Positions 9,203 through 17,969 of a stretch of 64,000 bases of DNA are shown one piece after another. The number at the start of each line of letters is the position of its first letter. Within the stretch, counting starts at the first letter, position 1. Both the position numbers and the translations under genes were made by a program. Below the pieces are notes generated by a model. That model was not told where the DNA came from and did not search any database. It saw nothing but the letters and a program-made list of their open reading frames with translations. The DNA comes from a virus, in IMG/VR virus record IMGVR_UViG_3300003323_001324, positions 93,578 to 157,577 of that record, one strand, 5' to 3'.

Positions 9203-10693
9203 ATGAGTCTGTCCAGGGTCGCTGCTTACCTGAGCTCCCTCGCCCCGGCCGAGTACCGGGTGTCGGACGCCGCCGCGGGGGTGGTGAACTACCTCCTGGA
9301 CTCCTATTTCCAGAAGGTGGACCAGAGGCACGCCGCGGCGGACGCGGGCCGCCGCCCCGTCCCCTACGACCTCGTCGCCTACATCAAGGAGCTCTGGCTC
9401 GGCGCGGAGGTCCACAACTGCCTCAGCCTCTCCCAGGGCTACCCCGCCTACGCCAAGAGCCTCAACGCCTGGGCCTTCTCCCGCCTCTTCTCCGCCTTCG
9501 CCGGCCCCGAGGCCCCGTACGACATCGTCCCCTTCCTCGAGAGCTACGAGTGGAAGGAGGCCGTCAAGGGCGAGTTCAAGATCGAGTCGGAGCAGCTGAA
9601 CGTCAGCCTCACCGAGTCGGCCACGATCCCCGTCTTCGGGACCTTCTTCGTGCGGCACCGCGTCACCGGCGCCCAGCTCGTCGTGAGCTGCGACTTCTGC
9701 TTCTACCGCAACGGCTGCCTCGTCTCCGTGATGTCGAACCCCGCCAACCAGGCGGACGCCGAGCGCTTCTACGCCGACCTTCACGCGTCGATGCGCACGA
9801 ACGACATCTACCTCAACCGGTGCCTCTCCTTCGACAAGGGGAAGCTGGACTTCTTCGGCATCAAGCCGACCTCCTGGGGCGACGTCATCCTCAAGGACGA
9901 CAAGAAGCTCCAGATCCGGGACAACACGGTCGGCGTCCTGTCGAACATGTCGGCCCTCGCGTCCGTCGGCATGATCCCGAACCGGAACGTCATCCTCATT
10001 TCCCCGCCCGGCATGGCGAAGACCACCATGTTCCGGGCCACGTCGGACGAGATCGAGGGCTCCGCCACGCGCATCTGGTGCACCGGCAAGTCCATTCTCT
10101 ACCCCGACCACGTGACGGCCATGTTCGAGGCCGCCCGCTCTCTGGCCCCCTGCATCATCTTCATCGAGGACATGGACCTCTTCGGCGGCGACCGCAACAC
10201 GCTCGGCCGGGACAGCTCCGTGCTCAACGAGTTTCTCGCCCAGCTCGACGGGGCCCAGGCCAACTCCGGCATCGTGGTGATGGCCTCCACCAACGACATC
10301 GCCTCCATGGACGAGGCCCTCGTGAACCGGCCCGGGCGCTTCAGCGTGAAGGTCGAGATCCCCTACCCGGACGACGAGGACCGCCGCCTCATGCTCCGGA
10401 AGTTCATGGGGTCCCTCAACGTCGTCCCGGACCAGTCGGTCACCCCCGACACCATCAAGACCGTCATCGACATGTGCGACGGCTTCACGGGCGACTACGT
10501 CAAGTCCGTGGTCGAGGCCGCTGTCATCCGGGCCGTGGCCGCCCGCAGGTCCGAGGGCGGGAAGGTGACGGTCAACTCCGACGACCTCATCTCGGCCGTC
10601 GAGCAGGCCCTGCAGAACTTCAAGATCGGCAAGAAGGCGAAGAAGCACATCCAGGTGGACGTCGCCCTTCAGGACGAGAAGATGCCGGGCTGA
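9203..10693 (+). CDS. Classic-clade AAA+ ATPase (single AAA module, FtsH/Cdc48-like)
   Basis: Variant Walker A SPPGMAKT, Walker B IIFIEDMD, sensor-1 MASTN and SRH/Arg fingers DEALVNRPGRF. Confidence 0.88.
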   Translation: MSLSRVAAYLSSLAPAEYRVSDAAAGVVNYLLDSYFQKVDQRHAAADAGRRPVPYDLVAYIKELWLGAEVHNCLSLSQGYPAYAKSLNAWAFSRLFSAFAGPEAPYDIVPFLESYEWKEAVKGEFKIESEQLNVSLTESATIPVFGTFFVRHRVTGAQLVVSCDFCFYRNGCLVSVMSNPANQADAERFYADLHASMRTNDIYLNRCLSFDKGKLDFFGIKPTSWGDVILKDDKKLQIRDNTVGVLSNMSALASVGMIPNRNVILISPPGMAKTTMFRATSDEIEGSATRIWCTGKSILYPDHVTAMFEAARSLAPCIIFIEDMDLFGGDRNTLGRDSSVLNEFLAQLDGAQANSGIVVMASTNDIASMDEALVNRPGRFSVKVEIPYPDDEDRRLMLRKFMGSLNVVPDQSVTPDTIKTVIDMCDGFTGDYVKSVVEAAVIRAVAARRSEGGKVTVNSDDLISAVEQALQNFKIGKKAKKHIQVDVALQDEKMPG

Positions 10694-10723
10694 TAGCCCT
10701 TCAATTCCGACAGAGGAAAGACC

Positions 10724-11236
10724 ATGAACAAGGAAGCAGCCGTAAAGAGTCTGATCGCCGCGTCCCGCCGCCTGGCCCAGATGGACCCGCAGGACGAGGC
10801 CGTCTCGCGCACTGTCGCCGAGATGCAGGAGACCGCGAAGCTGCTCTCCGAGCAGGCCCGGGAGGACAAGTCGTCCCCCTGGGGCTCTCAGTCCATGAAG
10901 GACGACATCGACTCCATCGGCGACCAGATCAAGCGCCTGAAGGCCGCCTCGGCCATCCCGGCCGCCAACTACCGCCGCATCTACGACATCTGCAGCTCGT
11001 TCGAGCGCGCCTGGGCCGTCGCCTCGCGCCCCCAGAACGCCGCCGTCCGCCCGAAGGTCGCCGGCCTGCTGAAGAAGGTCGCCGGCATCTTCGCCGAGGT
11101 CGACACCGTCCAGGACCTGGCCAAGCCGCTCGACGCCATCGAGAAGGCCGTCCACAGCCTGTACGGCGACCAGTCGAAGAACAGCACGTACTACTTCGAC
11201 CGCCGCGGCAAGGGCCACCACTCGCAGGGCGAGTGA
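10724..11236 (+). CDS. Hypothetical helical protein
   Basis: SD (GAGGA), strong GC3 bias, co-oriented directly after the ATPase. Confidence 0.75.
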   Translation: MNKEAAVKSLIAASRRLAQMDPQDEAVSRTVAEMQETAKLLSEQAREDKSSPWGSQSMKDDIDSIGDQIKRLKAASAIPAANYRRIYDICSSFERAWAVASRPQNAAVRPKVAGLLKKVAGIFAEVDTVQDLAKPLDAIEKAVHSLYGDQSKNSTYYFDRRGKGHHSQGE

Positions 11237-11242
11237 CCCCCG

Positions 11243-11674
11243 TCAGGCCTTGCGCCTGATGAAGTCCCCGAGAGACGCGCTGACGGGCCCCGAGCGAGGG
11301 GCCTCCGGCTCTCGGGGCGACAGCCCCTCCGCCGTCCTGTCGTAGCCCGGGACGCGCTTCTCCCTCTCCCGCTTGACGACGCGGGCCAGGGCCTTCCGCA
11401 CCTCCTCCTCGGTGTGCTCCCGGTTGATGATGAGCACGGGGATGTCGGGATATCTGCGGAAGTGCTTCTTCAGGAACTTCCGGGAGCTCTTGACCTGGAC
11501 CGGCATGTCCCCGACGTCGTGGGTCTCCACGACCACGTCCATGCCCCGGGCGTCCTCCTCCTCGGTCGCCATCCGTATGCGCTTGACCCAGGGGAACACC
11601 CGCGGCCAGCACTGGTCGAAGCAGACCGACGCCAGCATCTCGTGCTCCCGGCTTTGCTTCTTGAGCGGGTCCAT
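11243..11674 (-). CDS. Putative PD-(D/E)XK-fold nuclease
   Basis: EEDARGMDVVV...PVQVKS matches the D...(Q/E)xK pattern. TAGCGT box 5 nt upstream. Confidence 0.6.
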   Translation of the reverse strand: MDPLKKQSREHEMLASVCFDQCWPRVFPWVKRIRMATEEEDARGMDVVVETHDVGDMPVQVKSSRKFLKKHFRRYPDIPVLIINREHTEEEVRKALARVVKREREKRVPGYDRTAEGLSPREPEAPRSGPVSASLGDFIRRKA

Positions 11675-11714
11675 CCCCCACGCTACGCCGGCCGGGGCCG
11701 ACCCTTCGGGCCCC

Positions 11715-11921
11715 TCACGTCTCCGGGAGGGGGAAGTGCGACGCGTACAGGCTCATGAGCTCCGAGTCGGCCGGGACGTCCTGGTCGAGCAGCCTCGTGT
11801 CGTGGCACCTCCGTATGACGGCCGCGACCGCCCCGTAGGTCTCCTGCCTCCTCTCCGGCGTCGCGTAGACGAAGGTCGTGAGGATGAGGAACAGTGCCTT
11901 TCTCTCGTCGTCCCTTTCCAC
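11715..11921 (-). CDS. Small hypothetical protein
   Basis: Fills the gap between two co-oriented minus-strand genes, with plausible codon usage. Confidence 0.45.
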   Translation of the reverse strand: MERDDERKALFLILTTFVYATPERRQETYGAVAAVIRRCHDTRLLDQDVPADSELMSLYASHFPLPET

Positions 11922-11951
11922 CCCGGCCCTCTGTCACCAAAGGCCTCATTC

Positions 11952-13772
11952 TCAGAGCACCTCGTACTGGAAAGAGTAGCAGAAGCCGACCGGGGTCGTC
12001 CCCTCCGTCAGAGGCCGGTACCTCCACTTCGTCATCGCGCTCCGGAACGCCGGGACGAGCGCGGGCGTCCGGGGGCTCGTGACGCTGACCGACGTCGGGG
12101 CCCCGTTGGTCCCCACGCACATCCTGACGCTCGCCTGGAACGGCCCCATGTTCTCTATCGCGCTCGGTATCTGGGGCCGATAGGGCGCGACCGTCGGGCT
12201 TATCGTCAGGCGACGGTGTCCCTCGGAGGAGGACAGGGACCTCGGCCCCGCAGGAGGGGCCTGAGGGTCGAGCATCGTCTCGAAGGGGGTCTTCGACCGC
12301 GGCGCCGTCTTCGGCGGCGGCGCGATGGCGGCCGCCACCGTCGGCGCCGCTGGCGGGGCCGTGTGAGCCTCTTCTACGGGAGCCGGCACCTCCTTCTGCG
12401 CCGGCTCGACCGCCGGGGCCACGCTGGGCTCGGCCTTCTGGACCCTCTCCGCCGTCCGCCTCGCGGCCGGCGCCTGCGGCGCGGGCCTCTCCTCCGCGGC
12501 GGGTTGCGGGGCAGGGGGCGGCTGGACTATCACGGTCCGGACCTCTCCCGGGAGGTACACCGTCTTCTCGACGACCTCCTTCTCCTTGTACAGGTAGGCC
12601 ACGGGGACGAGCAGGGCCATCGGCACGAATATGATCCCCATGACCCAGAACAGGGCCTTCCGGATCTCCCCCATCGTGTCGACCGGGGCCTCCGGCGGCC
12701 TTGACCTGGTCTGGACCCTGGAGACGTCCGGGGAGCTCCGCTCCGCAATCTCCTCGGCCGCCTTGATCTGCGCCGTCGTCTCGCTTATCCGGTCCGACAG
12801 GAGCCTCTCCAGGTACTCCTGGATCTCCCGCTCGATGCCCGGCTCGAACGCCTCCGGGACCGCGGCCTCGAGCGCCCGGAGGACCTCCTCGGCCCCCGAG
12901 TACCTCTTGTCCCTGTTCTTCTCCAGGGACTTCATGACCACCTTCTCCAGCTCCTCCGGGTAGAAGTCCGTCATGTCCGACGGGAGCATCGGCGGCTTGT
13001 CGGAGATGATGCGCGCCAGGATCCCGTCGGGGGTCCCCGCGACGTCGCGGAACGGGTGGGACCCCGTGGTCGCCATGTAGAGCATGACGCCGACGGCGAA
13101 GACGTCCACCCTCCGGTCCACGGTCTGCTGCATCAGCACCTCCGGGGCCAGATAGGACAGCTTCCCCTTCAGCTCCCCCGCCTGCGTCATAGCCGCGCTG
13201 GTGGAGGCCTTCGCTATGCCGAAGTCCAGGAGCTTGGCGACGCCCCCGTACGTCACTATGACGTTCCCCGGGGTCACGTCCCGGTGCACCAGCCCCAGCG
13301 GCCGGCCGCCCTCGTCCACGAGGTCGTGGGCCGCCTGCAGGCCGCGGCACACCTGCCCTATGATGTTCACCGCCACCTTGAGCGGGAGGCCGCCGGCCGC
13401 CTTCGCGGCCTTGAAGAGGCCGAGGAGGGTCTCCCCGCGCACGAGCTCCATGGCGAGGTAGCACACTCCCCGGTGCTCTCCGAAGTCCTCTACGGCCACC
13501 ACGTTCGGATGGTGGATCATCGACGCGAGCCTGGCCTCCTGGAAGAGCATGTCCTCCATCCGCGCCTCCTCGTGCTCTGACGCCAGGATCGTCTTCACGG
13601 CGAGGAGCCTCTTGAAGCCCCTTCCGCCCTTGGCGCGGGCGACCCACACCCTCCCCATGCCTCCCTTCGCCACGGGCGTCAGGAGCTCATAACGGCCGTC
13701 GAGCACGGTCCCCGTCGCCAGGTCCGACTCCGACATCTTTTCCCGGACGTTCTCGGTCTTGGTTGTCTCCAT
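11952..13772 (-). CDS. Hanks-type Ser/Thr protein kinase with TM helix, Pro/Ala linker and C-terminal TonB-C-like domain
   Basis: GGMGRVW, AVK, HRDVTPGN, DFG, YLAPE, DVFAVG. TM segment ALFWVMGIIFVPMALLVPVAYLY. C-terminus VRMCVGTNG...AMTKWRYRP...PVGFC. Start at ATG 13772 with a GGAG SD. Confidence 0.92.
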   Translation of the reverse strand: METTKTENVREKMSESDLATGTVLDGRYELLTPVAKGGMGRVWVARAKGGRGFKRLLAVKTILASEHEEARMEDMLFQEARLASMIHHPNVVAVEDFGEHRGVCYLAMELVRGETLLGLFKAAKAAGGLPLKVAVNIIGQVCRGLQAAHDLVDEGGRPLGLVHRDVTPGNVIVTYGGVAKLLDFGIAKASTSAAMTQAGELKGKLSYLAPEVLMQQTVDRRVDVFAVGVMLYMATTGSHPFRDVAGTPDGILARIISDKPPMLPSDMTDFYPEELEKVVMKSLEKNRDKRYSGAEEVLRALEAAVPEAFEPGIEREIQEYLERLLSDRISETTAQIKAAEEIAERSSPDVSRVQTRSRPPEAPVDTMGEIRKALFWVMGIIFVPMALLVPVAYLYKEKEVVEKTVYLPGEVRTVIVQPPPAPQPAAEERPAPQAPAARRTAERVQKAEPSVAPAVEPAQKEVPAPVEEAHTAPPAAPTVAAAIAPPPKTAPRSKTPFETMLDPQAPPAGPRSLSSSEGHRRLTISPTVAPYRPQIPSAIENMGPFQASVRMCVGTNGAPTSVSVTSPRTPALVPAFRSAMTKWRYRPLTEGTTPVGFCYSFQYEVL

Positions 13773-13864
13773 TCTCCGACCCTCTCGACTTTGGCGGTCT
13801 CCTAACCGCCTTTTCGTCGTCCCGTGCCCTATCCGGCCCCTTCGCGGACTTCCGGCCCGCGCCC

Positions 13865-14098
13865 CTACCGGTCTTCCCACACCATGCTGTAGGGCGTCCT
13901 CTCGTTACCGCACTCGCACCTCGGCGCCTCGAGCCCCCTGGCCTCGCCGACGGCGAAGGGGACGGAGGCCGTGAGCACGCGCCCGCACTCCCCGCACGGG
14001 GCCGAGAACGGCTCCATCCCGAACCTTCTCCTCCACGCCTCGGGGTCGGCCCCGTGCAGCAGTCTCAGCCACCTCGTCCGGGTGAGGACGAGGCGCAC
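13865..14098 (-). CDS. Small Zn-ribbon protein
   Basis: CGECG...CECG motifs. Confidence 0.5.
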   Translation of the reverse strand: MRLVLTRTRWLRLLHGADPEAWRRRFGMEPFSAPCGECGRVLTASVPFAVGEARGLEAPRCECGNERTPYSMVWEDR

Positions 14099-14099
14099 C

Positions 14100-14348
14100 T
14101 CAGCCCTTCTTTCTGCGCTCGTCGAGGTAGAAGTCCATGAGCTCGCTCCTCGGACCGCCCGCGAACATGACCGGGTCCTGGAGGAGGTCGAGCTCCGGCG
14201 TCCTCCCGACGTCCAGGACGCCCATGTCCGTGGCCTTCTTCACCGTGGCCCTCACCGCGGCCTCGCTCCTCGCCCTCTCGTCCGGTCCCTGGTGGACGAA
14301 GTTCACGAGTATGAGATGGAGGGCGCTTCGCTCGACCGAGGCGTTCAT
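14100..14348 (-). CDS. Small hypothetical protein
   Basis: 3' part of track ORF 14100..14897. ATG 14348 has a TAGGGT box 5 nt upstream. Confidence 0.5.
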   Translation of the reverse strand: MNASVERSALHLILVNFVHQGPDERARSEAAVRATVKKATDMGVLDVGRTPELDLLQDPVMFAGGPRSELMDFYLDERRKKG

Positions 14349-14385
14349 GCAACACCCTACGCCTTCGATTGCCCATCCCGTGGTC

Positions 14386-14919
14386 ATGGACCAGGTCCCG
14401 AAGCTTGTCCGCGGCCCCGCCTTCCACCTGGACGGCGACGGGCGGTGGGACGTCCAGGAGCTTCCCTGGGAGGTGCGCCAGAAGGCCGAGTACTCCGGCG
14501 AGATCGAGATCGAGGGCTTCCCCGCCGTCGTCTTCGAGATGCCGGACGGCGACCAGTGGGCCCAGAAGGCCCCCGGGTCTCCCTCCCCGAAGGGGGAGGA
14601 GGCCGTGGAGGACGCTCTCGCCCAGGTTTCGGCCTCCTTTTCGGACCCGTTTCTCGAGATGGGAAAGCGCGTCGTCGCCAAGGTCGAGCTGGAGCAGAAC
14701 CAGCTGGCCTCCGCCCGCGCGCTCCTCCAGGAGCTCAAGGTCTGCAGGGACTCCATCGACAAGGCCCTTCGCCACAGCCGCGCCCTCTCGACCGACTCCT
14801 CCCTCTCCTGGATCCACGACTCGCTGGAGGCCAAGAAGGAGGAGGTCGACGGCATGGCGCAGGGCATCCGAGAGTCGCTCGAGTACCTGACCCGCATGGA
14901 CTTCCCCGACAGCCCGTAG
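14386..14919 (+). CDS. Hypothetical acidic protein with a C-terminal coiled coil
   Basis: GC3-biased part of track ORF 14137..14919, starting at MDQVPK. Confidence 0.6.
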   Translation: MDQVPKLVRGPAFHLDGDGRWDVQELPWEVRQKAEYSGEIEIEGFPAVVFEMPDGDQWAQKAPGSPSPKGEEAVEDALAQVSASFSDPFLEMGKRVVAKVELEQNQLASARALLQELKVCRDSIDKALRHSRALSTDSSLSWIHDSLEAKKEEVDGMAQGIRESLEYLTRMDFPDSP

Positions 14920-14963
14920 ATCCTCCGGACGCCGCGTTACGGCCCCGCAGGAGAAACGGGACC

Positions 14964-15305
14964 ATGAGCGACAAAGAGACTGCGGAGAAGATCTGTGAGG
15001 ACATGGAGTACGTGATCGTCCACTCGGGGCGCCTGCTCGGCCATCCGGCGGAGCCGGACTTCGTGATGGCGATCCGGGAGATCGGCGCCAACGTCGTCGC
15101 CTTCGCGGGCGACGGCCACGTCCCCCTCCCCGCCCAGCTCGAGGTCAGCGACCACGCGCACGCCCTTCTCATCGCCGCGGCCACCAAGGTGAACGTCCGC
15201 GTCCTCGTCAGCCGGCCTCACGGCATCGAGGACAGCGAGCACCTGGAGGACGTCGCCGCCGCCGTCGCCCAGGTCCGCATCGGGGTGGAGCAGATCGCGG
15301 CCTGA
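14964..15305 (+). CDS. Hypothetical protein
   Basis: AGGAG SD. MSDKETAEK... is the 3' part of track ORF 13971..15305. Confidence 0.6.
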   Translation: MSDKETAEKICEDMEYVIVHSGRLLGHPAEPDFVMAIREIGANVVAFAGDGHVPLPAQLEVSDHAHALLIAAATKVNVRVLVSRPHGIEDSEHLEDVAAAVAQVRIGVEQIAA

Positions 15306-15308
15306 CTG

Positions 15309-15314
15309 TAGGCT
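15309..15314 (+). promoter_or_regulatory. TAnnnT -10-like box 6 nt before the rtcB start (representative of a recurrent motif)
   Basis: TAGGCT-ccccgc-ATG with no SD. The same geometry occurs at nine other genes (see findings). Confidence 0.55.
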
Positions 15315-15320
15315 CCCCGC

Positions 15321-16730
15321 ATGTCCATGAAGTACGCGGCCGAGAGGGTGGAGGACGGCCACTACGTCCTCCCGAGGATGACCGGGACGGCCATGAGGGT
15401 GGAGGCCCACGCCTTCCTCTCCGACGCCCTGTACGAGGCCTCGGAGGAGGGCATGTGGCAGCAGCTCGCGGCCGCAGCCTCCTACGAGGGCGTGACCGGA
15501 GCGTACGCGATGCCGGACTGTCACCTCGGCTACGGCGTCCCCGTCGGTTGCGTCGTCGTGACCGACGACGTCATCATTCAGGCGGCCTCCGGGTACGACA
15601 TCTCCTGCGGCGTCCTCTACATGCGGACGAGCCTGACCGCCGCGGACGTCGCCGACCCCGAGCGCCGTCGGTCCTGGATCCAGGCCGTCGAGAAGCGGAT
15701 CGCGACCGGCGTCGGGTCCTCTCGCCCCGACCTCATGCCGAAGTTCAACGTCAGGGCCCAGGAGGACATCCTCCGCTACGGGGCCCGGGCTATGGGCGTG
15801 TCGGCGGACCTTTGCGAGCGCCAGTACATCCCCGTCCCCGAGGACCTGGACCTCGACGCCATCGAGAAGGCCCGGTCCAAGGTCGGCGACCAGCTCGGGT
15901 CCGTCGGCGGCGGCAACCACTTCGTCGAGATGCAGGTTGATCGCGACTCCGGCGAGGTGTTCGTGATGGTCCACTGCGGCTCGCGCGGCTACGGCTGGCA
16001 GACCGCGAACCACTTCTTCTATAAGGGCGCCGAGCTGCGAGAGCTCCCCATGAACCGTCGCGAGGACTCTTGGGTCCGGGCGGACGAGCCCCTCGGCAAG
16101 GAGTACTGGGCCTACCACAACTCGGCCGCGAACTTCGCCGTGGCCAATCGCCACGTCATCGCGAAGGGAGTCGCCAGTTCCCTCCAGGAGGTCTACGGGG
16201 CCGAGTCCTCCGTCTACTACGAGATCTCCCACAACCTCGTCCAGAGGGAGACCCTCGTCCTCCCCGACGGGACGACGAAGAGGGGCTTCGTCCACCGCAA
16301 GGGCGCGACGCGCGCCTTCCCCGCCGGCCACCCCGACCTCGTGGGGACGGCATGGGAGGAGACCGGCCACCCCTGCCTCATCCCTGGCTCCATGTTCCAC
16401 GGCGCCGCCGTCCTCTTCGCCGAGCCAGGATCTCACAAGTCCGCCTGCTCCGTGAACCACGGATCGGGCCGCGTCCTCGGCCGCGGCGCCGCCAAGCGCG
16501 CCCTGGAGTCGAGGCAGGGCGAGATAAACGACGAGATGCGGGACGTCGTCCGGACCTTCGGCGGCGTCCCGGTCAAGGGCATCCTCACCAACACCCGCGA
16601 CGTTGTGCTCGACGAGTGCGGGCACGTCTACAAGGACCTGGACGCCGTCCTCGACACGCTCTCTCAGGCCGGCATCGCCCGCGTGTCCCGTCGTCTCTAC
16701 CCCGTCGCCAACATCAAGGGCGCCGACTAG
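15321..16730 (+). CDS. rtcB: RtcB-family RNA ligase (3'-P or 2',3'-cyclic-P to 5'-OH)
   Basis: MPDCHLGYGVPVG, DISCG, GGGNHF, HCGSRG, HN, HRKGAT, PGSM, NHGSGR and YKD motifs are all present. Confidence 0.95.
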   Translation: MSMKYAAERVEDGHYVLPRMTGTAMRVEAHAFLSDALYEASEEGMWQQLAAAASYEGVTGAYAMPDCHLGYGVPVGCVVVTDDVIIQAASGYDISCGVLYMRTSLTAADVADPERRRSWIQAVEKRIATGVGSSRPDLMPKFNVRAQEDILRYGARAMGVSADLCERQYIPVPEDLDLDAIEKARSKVGDQLGSVGGGNHFVEMQVDRDSGEVFVMVHCGSRGYGWQTANHFFYKGAELRELPMNRREDSWVRADEPLGKEYWAYHNSAANFAVANRHVIAKGVASSLQEVYGAESSVYYEISHNLVQRETLVLPDGTTKRGFVHRKGATRAFPAGHPDLVGTAWEETGHPCLIPGSMFHGAAVLFAEPGSHKSACSVNHGSGRVLGRGAAKRALESRQGEINDEMRDVVRTFGGVPVKGILTNTRDVVLDECGHVYKDLDAVLDTLSQAGIARVSRRLYPVANIKGAD

Positions 16731-16952
16731 ATGGGCGTTCGGGCGCAGAGGAAGAAGGCCGCCAAGACCTTCAAGGTCGGCGACTCGGTCACCTGGGGGA
16801 ACGGCAGCGTCTCCCATCCGGTGGTCGAGGTCTCCCACAACGGGGTGTACGTCGACGCCACCTCTGCCGGCTTCGGCCCGCGCTACTTCGTGAAGTTCTT
16901 CGACAAGAGGTACGGCCTAGACTGCAGTCTCCGGCACGCCGGGAAGACCTGA
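16731..16952 (+). CDS. Small hypothetical protein
   Basis: Starts immediately after the rtcB stop and has a TGATG overlap with the next gene. Confidence 0.55.
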   Translation: MGVRAQRKKAAKTFKVGDSVTWGNGSVSHPVVEVSHNGVYVDATSAGFGPRYFVKFFDKRYGLDCSLRHAGKT

Positions 16953-17215
16953 TGCTGACCGGGAAGATGATCCGGAGGCTCGCGAAGATGGCGGACTTCT
17001 CGGACGTCTCCTATCGTCAGGGAGACCGGCACGTTAGCGATCCCCCGATATCAATGAGGTTCATCATCCACGACTGGAGGCCGACCGCGTTCGGCTATCG
17101 CTGCAGCAGGTGCAAGGCCTTCTGTTCTTCCCCGACCCTGGTCTTCGACTCCACATCCCCGGTCGAGAAGGTGGACTGCCTGACCGCCCTCGTCGAGGAC
17201 GTCATGGAGAGCTAG
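16952..17215 (+). CDS. Small Cys-containing protein ending in VMES
   Basis: TGATG coupling. HDW...CSRC...C-LTALVEDVMES. Confidence 0.55.
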   Translation: MLTGKMIRRLAKMADFSDVSYRQGDRHVSDPPISMRFIIHDWRPTAFGYRCSRCKAFCSSPTLVFDSTSPVEKVDCLTALVEDVMES

Positions 17216-17390
17216 GGCCGGCCGGCTGCTGCGTGTGCTGTCGCTTGCTCGGTAGTTCTCGCTCCGCCTTCAGGTTGGCCATGTGGCAGAGCCAGACGCA
17301 GAACGCGATTGCGATGGCGAACCCGAGCAGGAAGAGCTTGCCGAACCAGGCTCCGAAGCTTCCGTCGTTCTTTGGGTCGTAGCCGCTCAT
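17202..17390 (-). CDS. Small single-pass membrane protein
   Basis: Hydrophobic stretch LFLLGFAIAIAFCVWL. Confidence 0.5.
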   Translation of the reverse strand: MSGYDPKNDGSFGAWFGKLFLLGFAIAIAFCVWLCHMANLKAERELPSKRQHTQQPAGPSSP

Positions 17391-17426
17391 GTCCGTCCCT
17401 ATCCTGGGATAGACCTGACTTACGGC

Positions 17427-17666
17427 CTACGACTCCATCACGTAACGGACGACGCAGGCCTTCTTCTTGCACTCCCACGTGGCCCTCGCGTGGACGCAGA
17501 TCCTCCCTAGCTTCCTCTGGCGGGTCACCCATGCCTCGCACTTGGCGCAGACCGGCCCCTTGACCTCCATCTCCGGCATCAGCGGGGTCAGGGACTCCGA
17601 CAGCTCCTTGCAGAGCTTGCAGCGGTTCAGGTTGGGCCGCGGCGTCTTTCTCTTTCTCTCATCCAT
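17427..17666 (-). CDS. Small Zn-finger protein ending in VMES
   Basis: CKLC...CAKC...CVH...C...CVVRYVMES. Confidence 0.55.
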   Translation of the reverse strand: MDERKRKTPRPNLNRCKLCKELSESLTPLMPEMEVKGPVCAKCEAWVTRQRKLGRICVHARATWECKKKACVVRYVMES

Positions 17667-17923
17667 ACGCGCAGCCTCGAGCAGTTCGCGCATACGATCT
17701 CGCACTTGGCGATTTCCGCCAGCAGCCTCGCTTTCGAGAGGTGGAGCATTCTCGCTATCGGCACCTTCCTCCCTCCCGGGCTGAGCACGTCTATCTGGCT
17801 CGGGTGGTAGCTGTGGCCGCAGTCCTTGCACGGGTGGCGGGACTTCTCCCGGTCGAGGATCGCCCTCGACTCGAACCTCCGCCTGGCCATCTTGGCGGCG
17901 TTCTCTCTGCGGGGATCGAACAT
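17627..17923 (-). CDS. Degenerate HNH-like Zn-binding protein
   Basis: CKDC...EIAKCEIVCANC pattern of small phage HNH proteins, but the DH and the His after CANC are missing. Confidence 0.55.
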   Translation of the reverse strand: MFDPRRENAAKMARRRFESRAILDREKSRHPCKDCGHSYHPSQIDVLSPGGRKVPIARMLHLSKARLLAEIAKCEIVCANCSRLRVWMRERERRRGPT

Positions 17924-17969
17924 ACGAAACCTGTCGTATCCGGGAGCCCGTTAATAGGGGCCCAACGGT

